From assembly GCF_009914755.1 (NCBI RefSeq), contig NC_060936.1: DNA of 64,000 nucleotides. One strand, 5' to 3'. The notes under the pieces are model-generated. The model worked only from the letters and a program-made list of their open reading frames with translations. It had not been told where the DNA came from and searched no databases. Positions 1-14,260 of the stretch are shown piece by piece (positions within the stretch are counted from its first letter, which is position 1; each line of letters starts with the position of its first letter). Source of the stretch: the human T2T-CHM13v2.0 reference genome, Homo sapiens. The translations under genes and the position numbers were made by a program.

Positions 1-1359
1 CTTTACAAAGACAGTGTCTCCAAACTCCTCCATCAAAAGAAAGGTTATACTCTGTGAATTGAACGCACACATCACAAAGTAGTTTCTGAGAATGATTCTG
101 TCTAGTTTTTATACGAAGATATTTCCTTTTCTACATTTGGCCTAAAAGCGCTTGAAGTCTCCACCTGCAAATATCACAAAAAGAGGGTTTCACATCTGCT
201 CTGTCTAAAGGACAGTTCACCTTTGTGAGTTGAATAGAGGCAACACAAAGAACTTACTCAGTATTCTTCTTTCTAGCGTTCTATGAAGAAATCCCGTTTC
301 CAACGAAGGCCCCAAAGAGGTCCAAATATCTGCTTGCAGACTTTACAGACAGAGTGTTTCCAAACTACTCTATGAAAAGAAAGCTTAAACTCCTTGAGTT
401 GAACGCACACATCACAAAGTAGTTTCTGAGAATGATTCTGTCTAGTTTTTATACGAAGATGTTTCCTTTTCTACATTTGGTCTCAAAGCGATTGAAATCT
501 CCAACTGGAAACTGCACAAATAGGGTGTTTCAAATCTGCTCTGTCTAAAGGAAGGTTCAACTCTGTGTGTTGAATACACACACCACAAATAAGTTACTGA
601 GAATTCTTCTGTCGAACATTACTTGAAGAAATCCCGTTTCCAACGAAGGCCTCAAAGAGGTCCAAATATCCACTTGCAGACATTACAAACAGAGTGTTTC
701 CAAACTGCTCCATCAAAAGAAAGGTTAAACTCTGTGAGCTGAACACACACATCAAAAAGAAGTTTCTGTGAATGATTCTGTCTAGATTTTATAAGAACAT
801 ATTTCCTTTTCTACCGTAGGCCACAAAGCGCTTGAAATCTCCAGCTGCAAATTCCACAAAAATGGTGTTTAACATCTGCTCTTCTAAAGGAAAGTTCAAC
901 TCTATGAGTTGAATACACACAGCACAAAGAAGTTACTGAGACTTCTCCTATCAAACATTATATGAAGAAATCCCGTTTCCAACGAAGGCCTCAAAGAGGT
1001 CCAAATATCTGCTTGCAGACTTTAAAGACAGAGTTTTTCCAAACTGCTCCATCAAAAGAAAGGTTAAACTCCTTGAGTTGAACACACACATCACAAAGTA
1101 GTTTCTGTGAATGATTCTGTCTAGTTTTTATACGAAGATGTTTCCTTTTCTACCTTTGGTCTCAAAGCGATTGAAATCTCCACATGGAAACTCCACAAAA
1201 AGAGTGTTTCAAATCTGCTCTTTCTGAAGGAAGGTTCAACTCTGTGAGTTGAATACACACACCACAAATAAGTTACTGAGAATTCTTCTGTGTAACATTA
1301 TATGAGGAAATCCCGTTTCCAACGAAGGCCTCAAAGAGGTCCAAATATCCACTTGCAGA
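1..1359 (-). repeat. Reference 8-mer HOR unit: dimer A 1-340, B 341-680, C 681-1019, D 1020-1359
   Basis: Diagnostic starts: A ctttacaaagacagtgtctcc; B ctttacagacagagtgtttccaaactactctatg; C cattacaaacagagtg; D cttta(a/c)agacagagt(t/g)tttccaaactgctcc...ttaaactccttg. The unit restarts at 1360. Confidence 0.95.
292..308 (-). promoter_or_regulatory. CENP-B box (first copy; recurs every ~340 bp across the window)
   Basis: TCCCGTTTCCAACGAAG is the reverse complement of CTTCGTTGGAAACGGGA, an exact match to the 17-bp CENP-B box consensus YTTCGTTGGAARCGGGA. Next copies at 632, 971, 1311. Confidence 0.97.
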
Positions 1360-4300
1360 CTTTACAAAGACAGTGTCTCCAAACTCCTCCATCAAAAGAA
1401 AGGTTATACTCTGTGAATTGAACGCACACATCACAAAGTAGTTTCTGAGAATGATTCTGTCTAGTTTTTATACGAAGATATTTCCTTTTCTACATTTGGC
1501 CTAAAAGCGCTTGAAATCTCCACGTGCAAATATCACAAAAAGAGGGTTTCACACCTGCTCTGTCTAAAGGACAGTTCACCTCTGTGAGTTGAATAGAGGC
1601 AACACAAAGAACTTACTCAGTATTCTTCTTTCTTGCATTCTATGAAGAAATCCCGTTTCCAACGAAGGCCCCAAAGAGGTCCAAATATCTGCTTGCACAC
1701 TTTACAGACAGAGTGTTTCCAAACTACTCTATGAAAAGAAAGCTTAAACTCCTTGAGTTGAACGCACACATCACAAAGTAGTTTCTGAGAATGATTCTGT
1801 CCAGTTTTTATACGAAGATGTTTCCTTTTCTACATTTGGTCTCAAAGCGATTGAAATCTCCAACTGGAAACTGCACAAATACGGTGTTTCAAATCTGCTC
1901 TGTCTAAAGGAAGGTTCAACTCTGTGAGTTGAATACACACACCACAAATAAGTTACTGAGAATTCTTCTGTCGAACATTACTTGAAGAAATCCCGTTTCC
2001 AACGAAGGCCTCAAAGAGGTCCAAATATTCACTTGCAGATATTACAAACAGAGTGTTTCCAAACTGCTCCATCAAAAGAAAGGTTAAACTCTGTGAGCTG
2101 AACACACACATCAAAAACAAGTTTCTGTGAATGATTCTGTCTAGATTTTATAAGAAGATGTTTCCTTTTCTACCGTAGGACTCAAAGCGCTTGAAATCTC
2201 CAGCTGCAAATTCCACAAAAAGGGTGTTTAACATCTGCTCTTCTAAAGGAAAGTTCAACTCTATGAGTTGAATACACACAGCACAAAGAAGTTACTGAGA
2301 CTTCTCCTATCAAACATTATATGAAGAAATCCCGTTTCCAACGAAGGCCTCAAAGAGGTCCAAATATCTGCTTGCAGACTTTAAAGACAGAGTTTTTCCA
2401 AACTGCTCCATCAAAAGAAAGGTTAAACTCCTTGAGTTGAACACACACATCACAAAGTAGTTTCTGTGAATGATTCTGTCTAGTTTTTATACGAAGATGT
2501 TTCCTTTTCTAGCTTTGGTCTCAAAGCGATTGAAATCTCCACATGGAAACTCCACAAAAAGAGTGTTTCAAATCTGCTGTTTCTGAAGGAAGGTTCAACT
2601 CTGTGAGTTGAATACACGCACCACAAATAAGTTACTGGGAATTCTTCTGTGTAAAATTATATGAGGAAATCCCGTTTCCAACGAAGGCCTCAAAGAGGTC
2701 CAAATATCCACTTGCAGACTTTACAAAGACAGTGTCTCCAAACTCCTCCATCAAAAGAAAGGTTATACTCTGTGAATTGAACGCACACATCACAAAGTAG
2801 TTTCTGAGAATGATTCTGTCTAGTTTTTATACGAAGATATTTCCTTTTCTACATTTGGCCTAAAAGCGCTTGAAATCTCCACCTGCAAATATCACAAAAA
2901 GAGGGTTTCACATCTGCTCTGTCTAAAGGACAGTTCACCTCTGTGAGTTGAATAGAGGCAACACAAAGAACTTACTGAGTATTCTTCTTTCTAGCGTTCT
3001 ATGAAGAAATCCCGTTTCCAACGAAGGCCCCAATGAGGTCCAAATATCTGCTTGCAGACTTTACAGACAGAGTGTTTCCAAACTACTCTATGAAAAGAAA
3101 GCTTAAACTCCTTGAGTTGAACGCACACATCACAAAGTAGTTTCTGAGAATGATTCTGTCTAGTTTTTATACGAAGATGTTTCCTTTTCTACATTTGGTC
3201 TCAAAGCGATTGAAATCTCCAACTGGAAACTGCACAAATAGGGTGTTTCAAATCTGCTCTGTCTAAAGGAAGGTTCAACTCTTTGAGTTGAATACACACA
3301 CCACAAATAAGTTACTGAGAATTCTTCTGTCGAACATTACTTGAAGAAATCCCGTTTCCAACGAAGGCCTCAAAGAGGTCCAAATATCCACTTGCAGACA
3401 TTACAAACAGAGTGTTTCCAAACTGCTCCATCAAAAGAAAGGTTAAACTCTGTGAGCTGAACACACACATCAAAAAGAAGTTTCTGTGAATGATTCTGTC
3501 TAGATTTTATAAGAACATATTTCCTTTTCTACCGTAGGCCACAAAGCGCTTGAAATCTCCAGCTGCAAATTCCACAAAAATGGTGTTTAACATCTGCTCT
3601 TCTAAAGGAAAGTTCAACTCTATGAGTTGAATACACACAGCACAAAGAAGTTACTGAGACTTCTCCTATCAAACATTATATGAAGAAATCCCGTTTCCAA
3701 CGAAGGCCTCAAAGAGGTCCAAATATCTGCTTGCAGACTTTAAAGACAGAGTTTTTCCAAACTGCTCCATCAAAAGAAAGGTTAAACTCCTTGAGTTGAA
3801 CACACACATCACAAAGTAGTTTCTGTGAATGATTCTGTCTAGTTTTTATACGAAGATGTTTCCTTTTCTACCTTTGGTCTCAAAGCGATTGAAATCTCCA
3901 CATGGAAACTCCACAAAAAGAGTGTTTCAAATCTGCTCTTTCTGAAGGAAGGTTCAACTCTGTGAGTTGAATACACACACCACAAATAAGTTACTGAGAA
4001 TTCTTCTGTGTAACATTATATGAGGAAATCCCGTTTCCAACGAAGGCCTCAAAGAGGTCCAAATATCCACTTGCAGACTTTACAAAGACAGTGTCTCCAA
4101 ACTCCTCCATCAAAAGAAAGGTTATACTCTGTGAATTGAACGCACACATCACAAAGTAGTTTCTGAGAATGATTCTGTCTAGTTTTTATACGAAGATATT
4201 TCCTTTTCTACATTTGGCCTAAAAGCGCTTGAAATCTCCACGTGCAAATATCACAAAAAGAGGGTTTCACACCTGCTCTGTCTAAAGGACAGTTCACCTC

Positions 4301-6455
4301 TGTGAGTTGAATAGAGGCAACACAAAGAACTTACTCAGTATTCTTCTTTCTTGCATTCTATGAAGAAATCCCGTTTCCAACGAAGGCCCCAAAGAGGTCC
4401 AAATATCTGCTTGCACACTTTACAGACAGAGTGTTTCCAAACTACTCTATGAAAAGAAAGCTTAAACTCCTTGAGTTGAACGCACACATCACAAAGTAGT
4501 TTCTGAGAATGATTCTGTCCAGTTTTTATACGAAGATGTTTCCTTTTCTACATTTGGTCTCAAAGCGATTGAAATCTCCAACTGGAAACTGCACAAATAC
4601 GGTGTTTCAAATCTGCTCTGTCTAAAGGAAGGTTCAACTCTGTGAGTTGAATACACACACCACAAATAAGTTACTGAGAATTCTTCTGTCGAACATTACT
4701 TGAAGAAATCCCGTTTCCAACGAAGGCCTCAAAGAGGTCCAAATATTCACTTGCAGATATTACAAACAGAGTGTTTCCAAACTGCTCCATCAAAAGAAAG
4801 GTTAAACTCTGTGAGCTGAACACACACATCAAAAACAAGTTTCTGTGAATGATTCTGTCTAGATTTTATAAGAAGATGTTTCCTTTTCTACCGTAGGACT
4901 CAAAGCGCTTGAAATCTCCAGCTGCAAATTCCACAAAAAGGGTGTTTAACATCTGCTCTTCTAAAGGAAAGTTCAACTCTATGAGTTGAATACACACAGC
5001 ACAAAGAAGTTACTGAGACTTCTCCTATCAAACATTATATGAAGAAATCCCGTTTCCAACGAAGGCCTCAAAGAGGTCCAAATATCTGCTTGCAGACTTT
5101 AAAGACAGAGTTTTTCCAAACTGCTCCATCAAAAGAAAGGTTAAACTCCTTGAGTTGAACACACACATCACAAAGTAGTTTCTGTGAATGATTCTGTCTA
5201 GTTTTTATACGAAGATGTTTCCTTTTCTAGCTTTGGTCTCAAAGCGATTGAAATCTCCACATGGAAACTCCACAAAAAGAGTGTTTCAAATCTGCTGTTT
5301 CTGAAGGAAGGTTCAACTCTGTGAGTTGAATACACGCACCACAAATAAGTTACTGGGAATTCTTCTGTGTAAAATTATATGAGGAAATCCCGTTTCCAAC
5401 GAAGGCCTCAAAGAGGTCCAAATATCCACTTGCAGACTTTACAAAGACAGTGTCTCCAAACTCCTCCATCAAAAGAAAGGTTATACTCTGTGAATTGAAC
5501 GCACACATCACAAAGTAGTTTCTGAGAATGATTCTGTCTAGTTTTTATACGAAGATATTTCCTTTTCTACATTTGGCCTAAAAGCGCTTGAAATCTCCAC
5601 CTGCAAATATCACAAAAAGAGGGTTTCACATCTGCTCTGTCTAAAGGACAGTTCACCTCTGTGAGTTGAATAGAGGCAACACAAAGAACTTACTGAGTAT
5701 TCTTCTTTCTAGCGTTCTATGAAGAAATCCCGTTTCCAACGAAGGCCCCAATGAGGTCCAAATATCTGCTTGCAGACTTTACAGACAGAGTGTTTCCAAA
5801 CTACTCTATGAAAAGAAAGCTTAAACTCCTTGAGTTGAACGCACACATCACAAAGTAGTTTCTGAGAATGATTCTGTCTAGTTTTTATACGAAGATGTTT
5901 CCTTTTCTACATTTGGTCTCAAAGCGATTGAAATCTCCAACTGGAAACTGCACAAATAGGGTGTTTCAAATCTGCTCTGTCTAAAGGAAGGTTCAACTCT
6001 TTGAGTTGAATACACACACCACAAATAAGTTACTGAGAATTCTTCTGTCGAACATTACTTGAAGAAATCCCGTTTCCAACGAAGGCCTCAAAGAGGTCCA
6101 AATATCCACTTGCAGACATTACAAACAGAGTGTTTCCAAACTGCTCCATCAAAAGAAAGGTTAAACTCTGTGAGCTGAACACACACATCAAAAAGAAGTT
6201 TCTGTGAATGATTCTGTCTAGATTTTATAAGAAGATGTTTCCTTTTCTACCGTAGGCCTCAAAGCGCTTGAAATCTCCAGCTGCAAATTCCACAAAAATG
6301 GTGTTTAACATCTGCTCTTCTAAAGGAAAGTTCAACTCAATGAGTTGAATACACACAGCAGAAAGAAGTTACTGAGACTTCTCCTATCAAACATTATATG
6401 AAGAAATCCCGTTTCCAACGAAGGCCTCAAAGAGGTCCAAATATCTGCTTGCAGA

Positions 6456-6795
6456 CTTTACAAAGACAGTGTCTCCAAACTCCTCCATCAAAAGAAAGGT
6501 TAAACTCCTTGAGTTGAACACACACATCACAAAGTAGTTTCTGTGAATGATTCTGTCTAGTTTTTATACGAAGATGTTTCCTTTTCTACCTTTGGTCTCA
6601 AAGCGATTGAAATCTCCACATGGAAACTCCACAAAAAGAGTGTTTCAAATCTGCTCTTTCTGAAGGAAGGTTCAACTCTGTGAGTTGAATACACACACCA
6701 CAAATAAGTTACTGAGAATTCTTCTGTGTAACATTATATGAGGAAATCCCGTTTCCAACGAAGGCCTCAAAGAGGTCCAAATATCCACTTGCAGA
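6456..6795 (-). repeat. Chimeric A/D dimer
   Basis: Starts with A sequence (ctttacaaagacagtgtctccaaactcctcc), then continues as D (ttaaactccttgagttgaacacac, cacatggaaactcc, gtgtaacattatatgagg). Confidence 0.88.
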
Positions 6796-8151
6796 CTTTA
6801 CAAAGACAGTGTCTCGAAACTCCTCCATCAAAAGAAAGGTTATACTCTGTGAATTGAACGCACACATCACAAAGTAGTTTCTGAGAATGATTCCGTCTAG
6901 TTTTTATACGAAGATATTTCCTTTTCTACATTTGGCCTAAAAGCGCTTGAAATCTCCACCTGCAAATATCACAAAAAGAGGGTTTCACATCTGCTCTGTC
7001 TAAAGGACAGTTAACCTCTGTGAGTTGAATAGAGGCAACACAAAGAACTTACTCAGTATTCTTCTTTCTAGCGTTCTATGAAGAAATCCCGTTTCCAATG
7101 AAGGCCCCAATGAGGTTCAAATATCTGCTTGCAGACTTTACAGACAGAGTGTTTCCAAACTACTCTATGAAAAGAAAGCTTAAACTCCTTGAGTTGAACG
7201 CACAGATCACAAAGTAGTTTCTGAGAATGATTCTGTCTAGTTTTTATACGAAGATGTTTCCTTTTCTACATTTGGTCTCAAAGCGATTGAAATCTCCAAC
7301 TGGAAACTGCACAAATAGGGTGTTTCAAATCTGCTCTGTCTAAAGGAAGGTTCAACTCTGTGAGTTGAATACACACACCACAAATAAGTTACTGAGAATT
7401 CTTGTGTCGAACATTACTTGAAGAAATCCCGTTTCCAACGAAGGCCTCAAAGAGGTCCAAATATTCACTTGCAGATATTACAAACAGAGTGTTTCCAAAC
7501 TGCTCCATCAAAAGAAAGGTTAAACTCTGTGAGCTGAACACACACATCAAAAAGAAGTTTCTGTGAATGATTCTGTCAAGATTTTATAAGATGTTTCCAT
7601 TTCTACCGTAGGACTCAAAGCGCTTGAAATCTCCAGCTGCAAATTCCACAAAAAGGGTGTTTAACATCTGCTCTTCTAAAGGAAAGTTCAACTCTATGAG
7701 TTGAATACACACAGCACAAAGAAGTTACTGAGACTTCTCCTATCAAACATTATATGAAGAAATCCCGTTTCCAACGAAGGCCTCAAAGAGGTCCAAATAT
7801 CTGCTTGCAGACTTTAAAGACAGAGTTTTTCCAAACTGCTCCATCAAAAGAAAGGTTAAACTCCTTGAGTTGAAAACACACATCACAAAGTAGTTTCTGT
7901 GAATGATTCTGTCTAGATTCTATACGAAGATGTTTCCTTTTCTACCTTTGGTCTCAAAGCGATTGAAATCTCCACATGGAAACTCCACAAAAAGAGTGTT
8001 TCAAATCTGCTCTTTCTGAAGGAAGGTTCAACTCTGTGAGTTGAATACACACACCACAAATAAGTTCCTGAGAATTCTTCTGTGTAACATTATATGAGGA
8101 AATCCCGTTTCCAACGAAGGCCTCAAAGAGGTCCAAATATCCACTTGCAGA

Positions 8152-9170
8152 CTTTACAAAGACAGTGTCTCCAAACTCCTCCATCAAAAGAAAGGTTATA
8201 CTCTGTGAATTGAACGCACACATCACAAAGTAGTTTCTGAGAATGATTCTGTCTAGTTTTTATACGAAGATATTTCCTTTTCTACATGTGGCCTAAAAGC
8301 GCTTGAAATCTCCACCTGCAAATATCACAAAAAGAGGGTTTCACATCTGCTCTGTCTAAAGGACAGTTCACCTCTGTGAGTTGAGTAGAGGCAACACAAA
8401 GAACTTACTCAGTATTCTTCTTTCTAGCGTTCTATGAAGAAATTACGTTTCCAACGAAGGCCCCAATGAGGTCCAAATATCTGCTTGCAGACTTTACAGA
8501 CAGAGTGTTTCCAAACTACTCTATGAAAAGAAAGCTTAAACTCCTTGAGTTGAACGCACAGATCACAAAGTAGTTTCTGAGAATGATTCTGTCTAGTTTT
8601 TATACGAAGATGTTTCCTTTTCTACATTTGGTCTCAAAGCGATTGAAATCTCCAACTGGAAACTGCACAAATAGGGTGTTTCAAATCTGCTCTGTCTAAA
8701 GGAAGGTTCAACTCTTTGAGTTGAATACACACACCACAAATAAGTTACTGAGAATTCTTCTGTCGAACATTACTTGAAGAAATCCCGTTTCCAACGAAGG
8801 CCTCAAAGAGGTCCAAATATCCACTTGCAGACATTACAAACAGAGTGTTTCCAAACTGCTCCATCAAAAGAAAGGTTAAACTCTGTGAGCTGAACACACA
8901 CATCAAAAAGAAGTTTCTGTGAATGATTCTGTCTAGATTTTATAAGAAGATGTTTCCTTTTCTACCGTAGGCCTCAAAGCGCTTGAAATCTCCAGCTGCA
9001 TATTCCACAAAAAGGGTGTTTAACATCTGCTCTTCTAAAGGAAAGTTCAACTCAATGAGTTGAATACACACAGCCCAAAGAAGTTACTGAGACTTCTCCT
9101 ATCAAACATTATATGAAGAAATCCCGTTTCCAAAGAAGGCCTCAAAGAGGTCCAAATATCTGCTTGCAGA
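8152..9170 (-). repeat. 6-mer HOR variant (ABC, dimer D missing), 1019 bp
   Basis: The C dimer end is followed directly by an A start at 9171. Confidence 0.9.
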
Positions 9171-12100
9171 CTTTACAAAGACAGTGTCTCCAAACTCCTC
9201 CATCAAAAGAAAGGTTATACTCTGTGAATTGAACGCACACATCACAAAGTAGTTTCTGAGAATGATTCTGTCTAGTTTTTATACGAAGATATTTCCTTTT
9301 CTACATTTGGCCTAAAAGCGCTTGAAATCTCCACCTGCAAATATCACAAAAAGAGGGTTTCACATCTGCTCTGTCTAAAGGACAGTTCACTTTTGTGAGT
9401 TGAATAGAGGCAACACAAAGAACTTACTCAGTATTCTTCTTTCTAGCGTTCTATGAAGAAATCCCGTTTCCAACGAAGGCCACAAAGAGGTCCAAATATC
9501 TGCTTGCAGACTTTACAGACAGAGTGTTTCCAAACTACTCTATGAAAAGAAAGCTTAAACTCCTTGAGTTGAACGCACACATCACAAAGTAGTTTCTGAG
9601 AATGATTCTGTCTAGTTTTTATACGAAGATGTTTCCTTTTCTACATTTGGTCTCAAAGCGATTGAAATCTCCAACTGGAAACTGCACAAATAGGGTGTTT
9701 CAAATCTGCACTGTGTAAAGGAAGGTTCAACTCTGTGAGTTGAATACACACACCACAAATAAGTTACTGAGAATTCTTCTGTCGAACATTACTTGAAGAA
9801 ATCCCGTTTCCAACGAAGGCCTCAAAGAGGTCCAAATATCCACTTGCAGACATTACAAACAGAGTGTTTCCAAACTGCTCCATCAAAAGAAAGGTTAAAC
9901 TCTGTGAGCTGAACACACACATCAAAAAGAAGTTTCTGTGAATGATTCTGTCTAGATTTTATAAGAAGATGTTTCCTTTTCTACCGTAGGCCTCAAAGCG
10001 CTTGAAATCTCCAGCTGCAAATTCCACAAAAAGGGTGTTTAACATGTGCTCTTCTAAAGGAAAGTTCAACTCTATGCGTTGAATACACACAGCACAAAGA
10101 AGTTACTGAGACTTCTCCTATCAAACATTATATGAAGAAATCCCGTTTCCAACGAAGGCCTCAAAGAGGTCCAAATATCTGCTTGCAGACTTTACAGACA
10201 GAGTGTTTCCAAACTGCTCCATCAAAAGAAAGGTTAAACTCCTTGAGTTGAACACACACATCACAAAGTAGTTTCTGTGAATGATTCTGTCTAGTTTTTA
10301 TACGAAGATGTTTCCTTTTCTACCTTTGGTCTCAATGCGATTGAAATCTCCACATGGAAACTCCACAAAAAGAGTGTTTCAAATCTGCTCTTTCTGAAGG
10401 AAGGTTCAACTCTGTGAGTTGAATACACACACCACAAATAAGTTACTGAGAATTCTTCTGTGTAACATTATATGAGGAAATCCCGTTTCCAACGAAGGCC
10501 TCAAAGAGGTCCAAATATCCACTTGCAGACTTTACAAAGACAGTGTCTACAAACTCCTCCATCAAAAGAAAGGTTATACTCTGTGAATTGAACGCACACA
10601 TCTCAAAGTAGTTTCTGAGAATGATTCTGTCTAGTTTTTATACGAAGATATTTCCTTTTCTACATTTGGCCTAAAAGCGCTTGAAATCTCCACCTGCAAA
10701 TATCACAAAAAGAAGGTTTCACATCTGCTCTGTCTAAAGGACAGTTCACCTCTGTGAGTTGAATAGAGGCAACACAAAGAACTTACTCAGTATTCTTCTT
10801 TCTTGCGTTCTATGAAGAAATCCCGTTTCCAACGAAGGCCCCAAAGAGGTCCAAATATCTGCTTGCACACTTTACAGACAGAGTGTTTCCAAACTACTCT
10901 ATGAAAAGAAAGCTTAAACTCCTTGAGTTGAACGCACACATCACAAAGTAGTTTCTGAGAATGATTCTGTCCAGTTTTTATACGAAGATGTTTCCTTTTC
11001 TACATTTGGTCTCAAAGCGATTGAAATCTCCAACTGGAAACTGCACAAATAGGGTGTTTCAAATCTGCTCTGTCTAAAGGAAGGTTCAACTCTGTGAGTT
11101 GAATACACACACCACAAATAAGTTACTGAGAATTCTTGTGTCGAACATTACTTGAAGAAATCCCGTTTCCAACGAAGGCCTCAAAGAGGTCCAAATATTC
11201 ACTTGCAGATATTACAAACAGAGTTTTTCCAAACTGCTCCATCAAAAGAAAGGTTAAACTCTGTGAGCTGAACAAACACATCAAAAAGAAGTTTCTGTGA
11301 ATGATTCTGTCAAGATTTTATAAGATGTTTCCATTTCTACCGTAGGACTCAAAGCGCTTGAAATCTCCAGCTGCAAATTCCACAAAAAGGGTGTTTAACA
11401 TCTGCTCTTCTAAAGGAAAGTTCAACTCTATGAGTTGAATACACACAGCACAAAGAAGTTACTGAGACTTCTCCTATCAAACATTATATGAAGAAATCCC
11501 GTTTCCAACGAAGGCCTCAAAGAGGTCCAAATATCTGCTTGCAGACTTTAAAGACAGAGTTTTTCCAAACTGCTCCATCAAAAGAAAGGTTAAACTCCTT
11601 GAGTTGAAAACACCCATCACAAAGTAGTTTCTGTGAATGATTCTGTCTAGTTTCTATACGAAGATGTTTCCTTTTCTACCTTTGGTCTCAAAGCGATTGA
11701 AATCTCCACATGGAAACTCCACAAAAAGAGTGTTTCAAATCTGCTCTTTCTGAAGGAAGGTTCAACTCTGTGAGTTGAATACACACACCACAAATAAGTT
11801 CCTGAGAATTCTTCTGTGTAACATTATATGAGGAAATCCCGTTTCCAACGAAGGCCTCAAAGAGGTCCAAATATCCACTTGCAGACTTTACAAAGACAGT
11901 GTCTCCAAACTCCTCCATCAAAAGAAAGGTTATACTCTGTGAATTGAACGCACACATCACAAAGTAGTTTCTGAGAATGATTCTGTCTAGTTTTTATACG
12001 AAGATATTTCCTTTTCTACATTTGGCCTAAAAGCGCTTGAAGTCTCCACCTGCAAATATCACAAAAAGAGGGTTTCACATCTGCTCTGTCTAAAGGACAG

Positions 12101-13241
12101 TTCACCTTTGTGAGTTGAATAGAGGCAACACAAAGAACTTACTCAGTATTCTTCTTTCTAGCGTTCTATGAAGAAATCCCGTTTCCAACGAAGGCCCCAA
12201 AGAGGTCCAAATATCTGCTTGCACACTTTACAGACAGAGTGTTTCCAAACTACTCTATGAAAAGAAAGCTTAAACTCCTTGAGTTGAACGCACACATCAA
12301 AAAGTAGTTTCTGAGAATGATTCTGTCTAGTTTTTATACGAAGATGTTTCCTTTTCTACATTTGGTCTCAAAGCGATTGAAATCTCCAACTGGAAACTGC
12401 ACAAATAGGGTGTTTCAAATCTGCTCTGTCTAAAGGAAGGTTCAACTCTGTGAGTTGAATACACACACCACAAATAAGTTACTGAGAATTCTTCTGTCGA
12501 ACATTACTTGAAGAAATCCCGTTTCCAACGAAGGCCTCAAAGAGGTCCAAATATCCACTTGCAGACATTAGAAAAAGAGTGTTTCCAAACTGCTCCATCA
12601 AAAGAAAGGTTAAACTCTGTGAGCTGAACACACACATCAAAAAGAAGTTTCTGTGAATGATTCTGTCAAGATTTTATAAGATGTTTCCATTTCTACCGTA
12701 GGACTCAAAGCGCTTGAAATCTCCAGCTGCAAATTCCACAAAAAGGGTGTTTAACATCTGCTCTTCTAAAGGAAAGTTCAACTCTATGAGTTGAATACAC
12801 ACAGCACAAAGAAGTTACTGAGACTTCTCCTATCAAACATTATATGAAGAAATCCCGTTTCCAACGAAGGCCTCAAAGAGGTCCAAATATCTGCTTGCAG
12901 ACTTTAAAGACAGAGTTTTTCCAAACTGCTCCATCAAAAGAAAGGTTAAACTCCTTGAGTTGAACACACACATCACAAAGTAGTTTCTGTGAATGATTCT
13001 GTCTCGTTTTTATACGAAGATGTTTCCTTTTCTACCTTTGGTCTCAAAGCGATTGAAATCTCCACATGGAAACTCCACAAAAAGAGTGTTTCAAATCTGC
13101 TCTTTCTGAAGGAAGGTTCAACTCTGTGAGTTGAATACACACACCACAAATAAGTTACTGAGAATTCTTCTGTGTAACATTATATGAGGAAATCCCGTTT
13201 CCAACGAAGGCCTCAAAGAGGTCCAAATATCCACTTGCAGA

Positions 13242-14260
13242 CTTTACAAAGACAGTGTCTCCAAACTCCTCCATCAAAAGAAAGGTTATACTCTGTGAAT
13301 TGAACGCACACATCACAAAGTAGTTTCTGAGAATGATTCTGTCTAGTTTTTATACGAAGATATTTCCTTTTCTACATTTGGCCTAAAAGCGCTTGAAATC
13401 TCCACCTGCAAATATCACAAAAAGAGGGTTTCACATCTGTTCTGTCTAAAGGACAGTTCACCTCTGTGAGTTGGGTAGAGGCAACACAAAGAACTTACTC
13501 AGTATTCTTCTTTCTAGCGTTCTATGAAGAAATCACGTTTCCAACGAAGGCGCCAAAGAGGTCCAAATATCTGCTTGCAGACTTTACAGACAGAGTGTTT
13601 CCAAACTACTCTATGAAAAGAAAGCTTAAACTTCTTGAGTTGAACGCACACATCACAAAGTAGTTTCTGAGAATGATTCTGTCTAGTTTTTATACGAAGA
13701 TGTTTCCTTTTCTACATTTGGTCTCAAAGCGATTGAAATCTCCAACTGGAAACTGCACAAATAGGGTGTTTCAAATCTGCTCTGTCTAAAGGAAGGTTCA
13801 ACTCTTTGAGTTGAATACACACACCACAAATAAGTTACTGAGAATTCTTCTGTCGAACATTACTTGAAGAAATCCCGTTTCCAACGAAGGCCTCAAAGAG
13901 GTCCAAATATCCACTTGCAGACATTACAAACAGAGTGTTTCCAAACTGCTCCATCAAAACAAAGGTTAAACTCTGTGAGCTGAACACACACATCAAAAAG
14001 AAGTTTCTGTGAATGATTCTGTCTAGATTTTATAAGAAGATGTTTCCTTTTCTACCGTAGGCCTCAAAGTGCTTGAAATCTCCAGCTGCAAATTCCACAA
14101 AAAGGGTGTTTAACATCTGCTCTTCTAAAGGAAAGTTCAACTCAATGAGTTGAATACACACAGCCCAAAGAAGTTACTGAGACTTCTCCTATCAAACATT
14201 ATATGAAGAAATCCCGTTTCCAACGAAGGCCTCAAAGAGGTCCAAATATCTGCTTGCAGA
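13242..14260 (-). repeat. 6-mer HOR variant (ABC)
   Basis: C to A junction at 14261. Confidence 0.9.

Noticed and set aside
1-1359. Assignment to D10Z1 (chr10 SF1 8-mer, which also has 6-mer variants)
   Set aside because: Disfavoured, not excluded. From recollection D10Z1 is defined by RsaI periodicity, and GTAC is absent from the canonical HOR here, while 680-bp EcoRI spacing fits D12Z3. Alignment to both consensus HORs would decide.
7954-8226. 90-aa minus-strand ORF (identical copy at 11688-11960)
   Set aside because: It is translated alpha-satellite. The frame is extended only because the SNV gttact to gttcct removes a stop. No domain or gene context; the second copy only marks a shared D variant 3734 bp away.
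13466-13663. 65-aa ORF (copy at 15841-16038)
   Set aside because: Chance GTG-start reading frame in satellite sequence, repeated because of the 2375-bp duplication.
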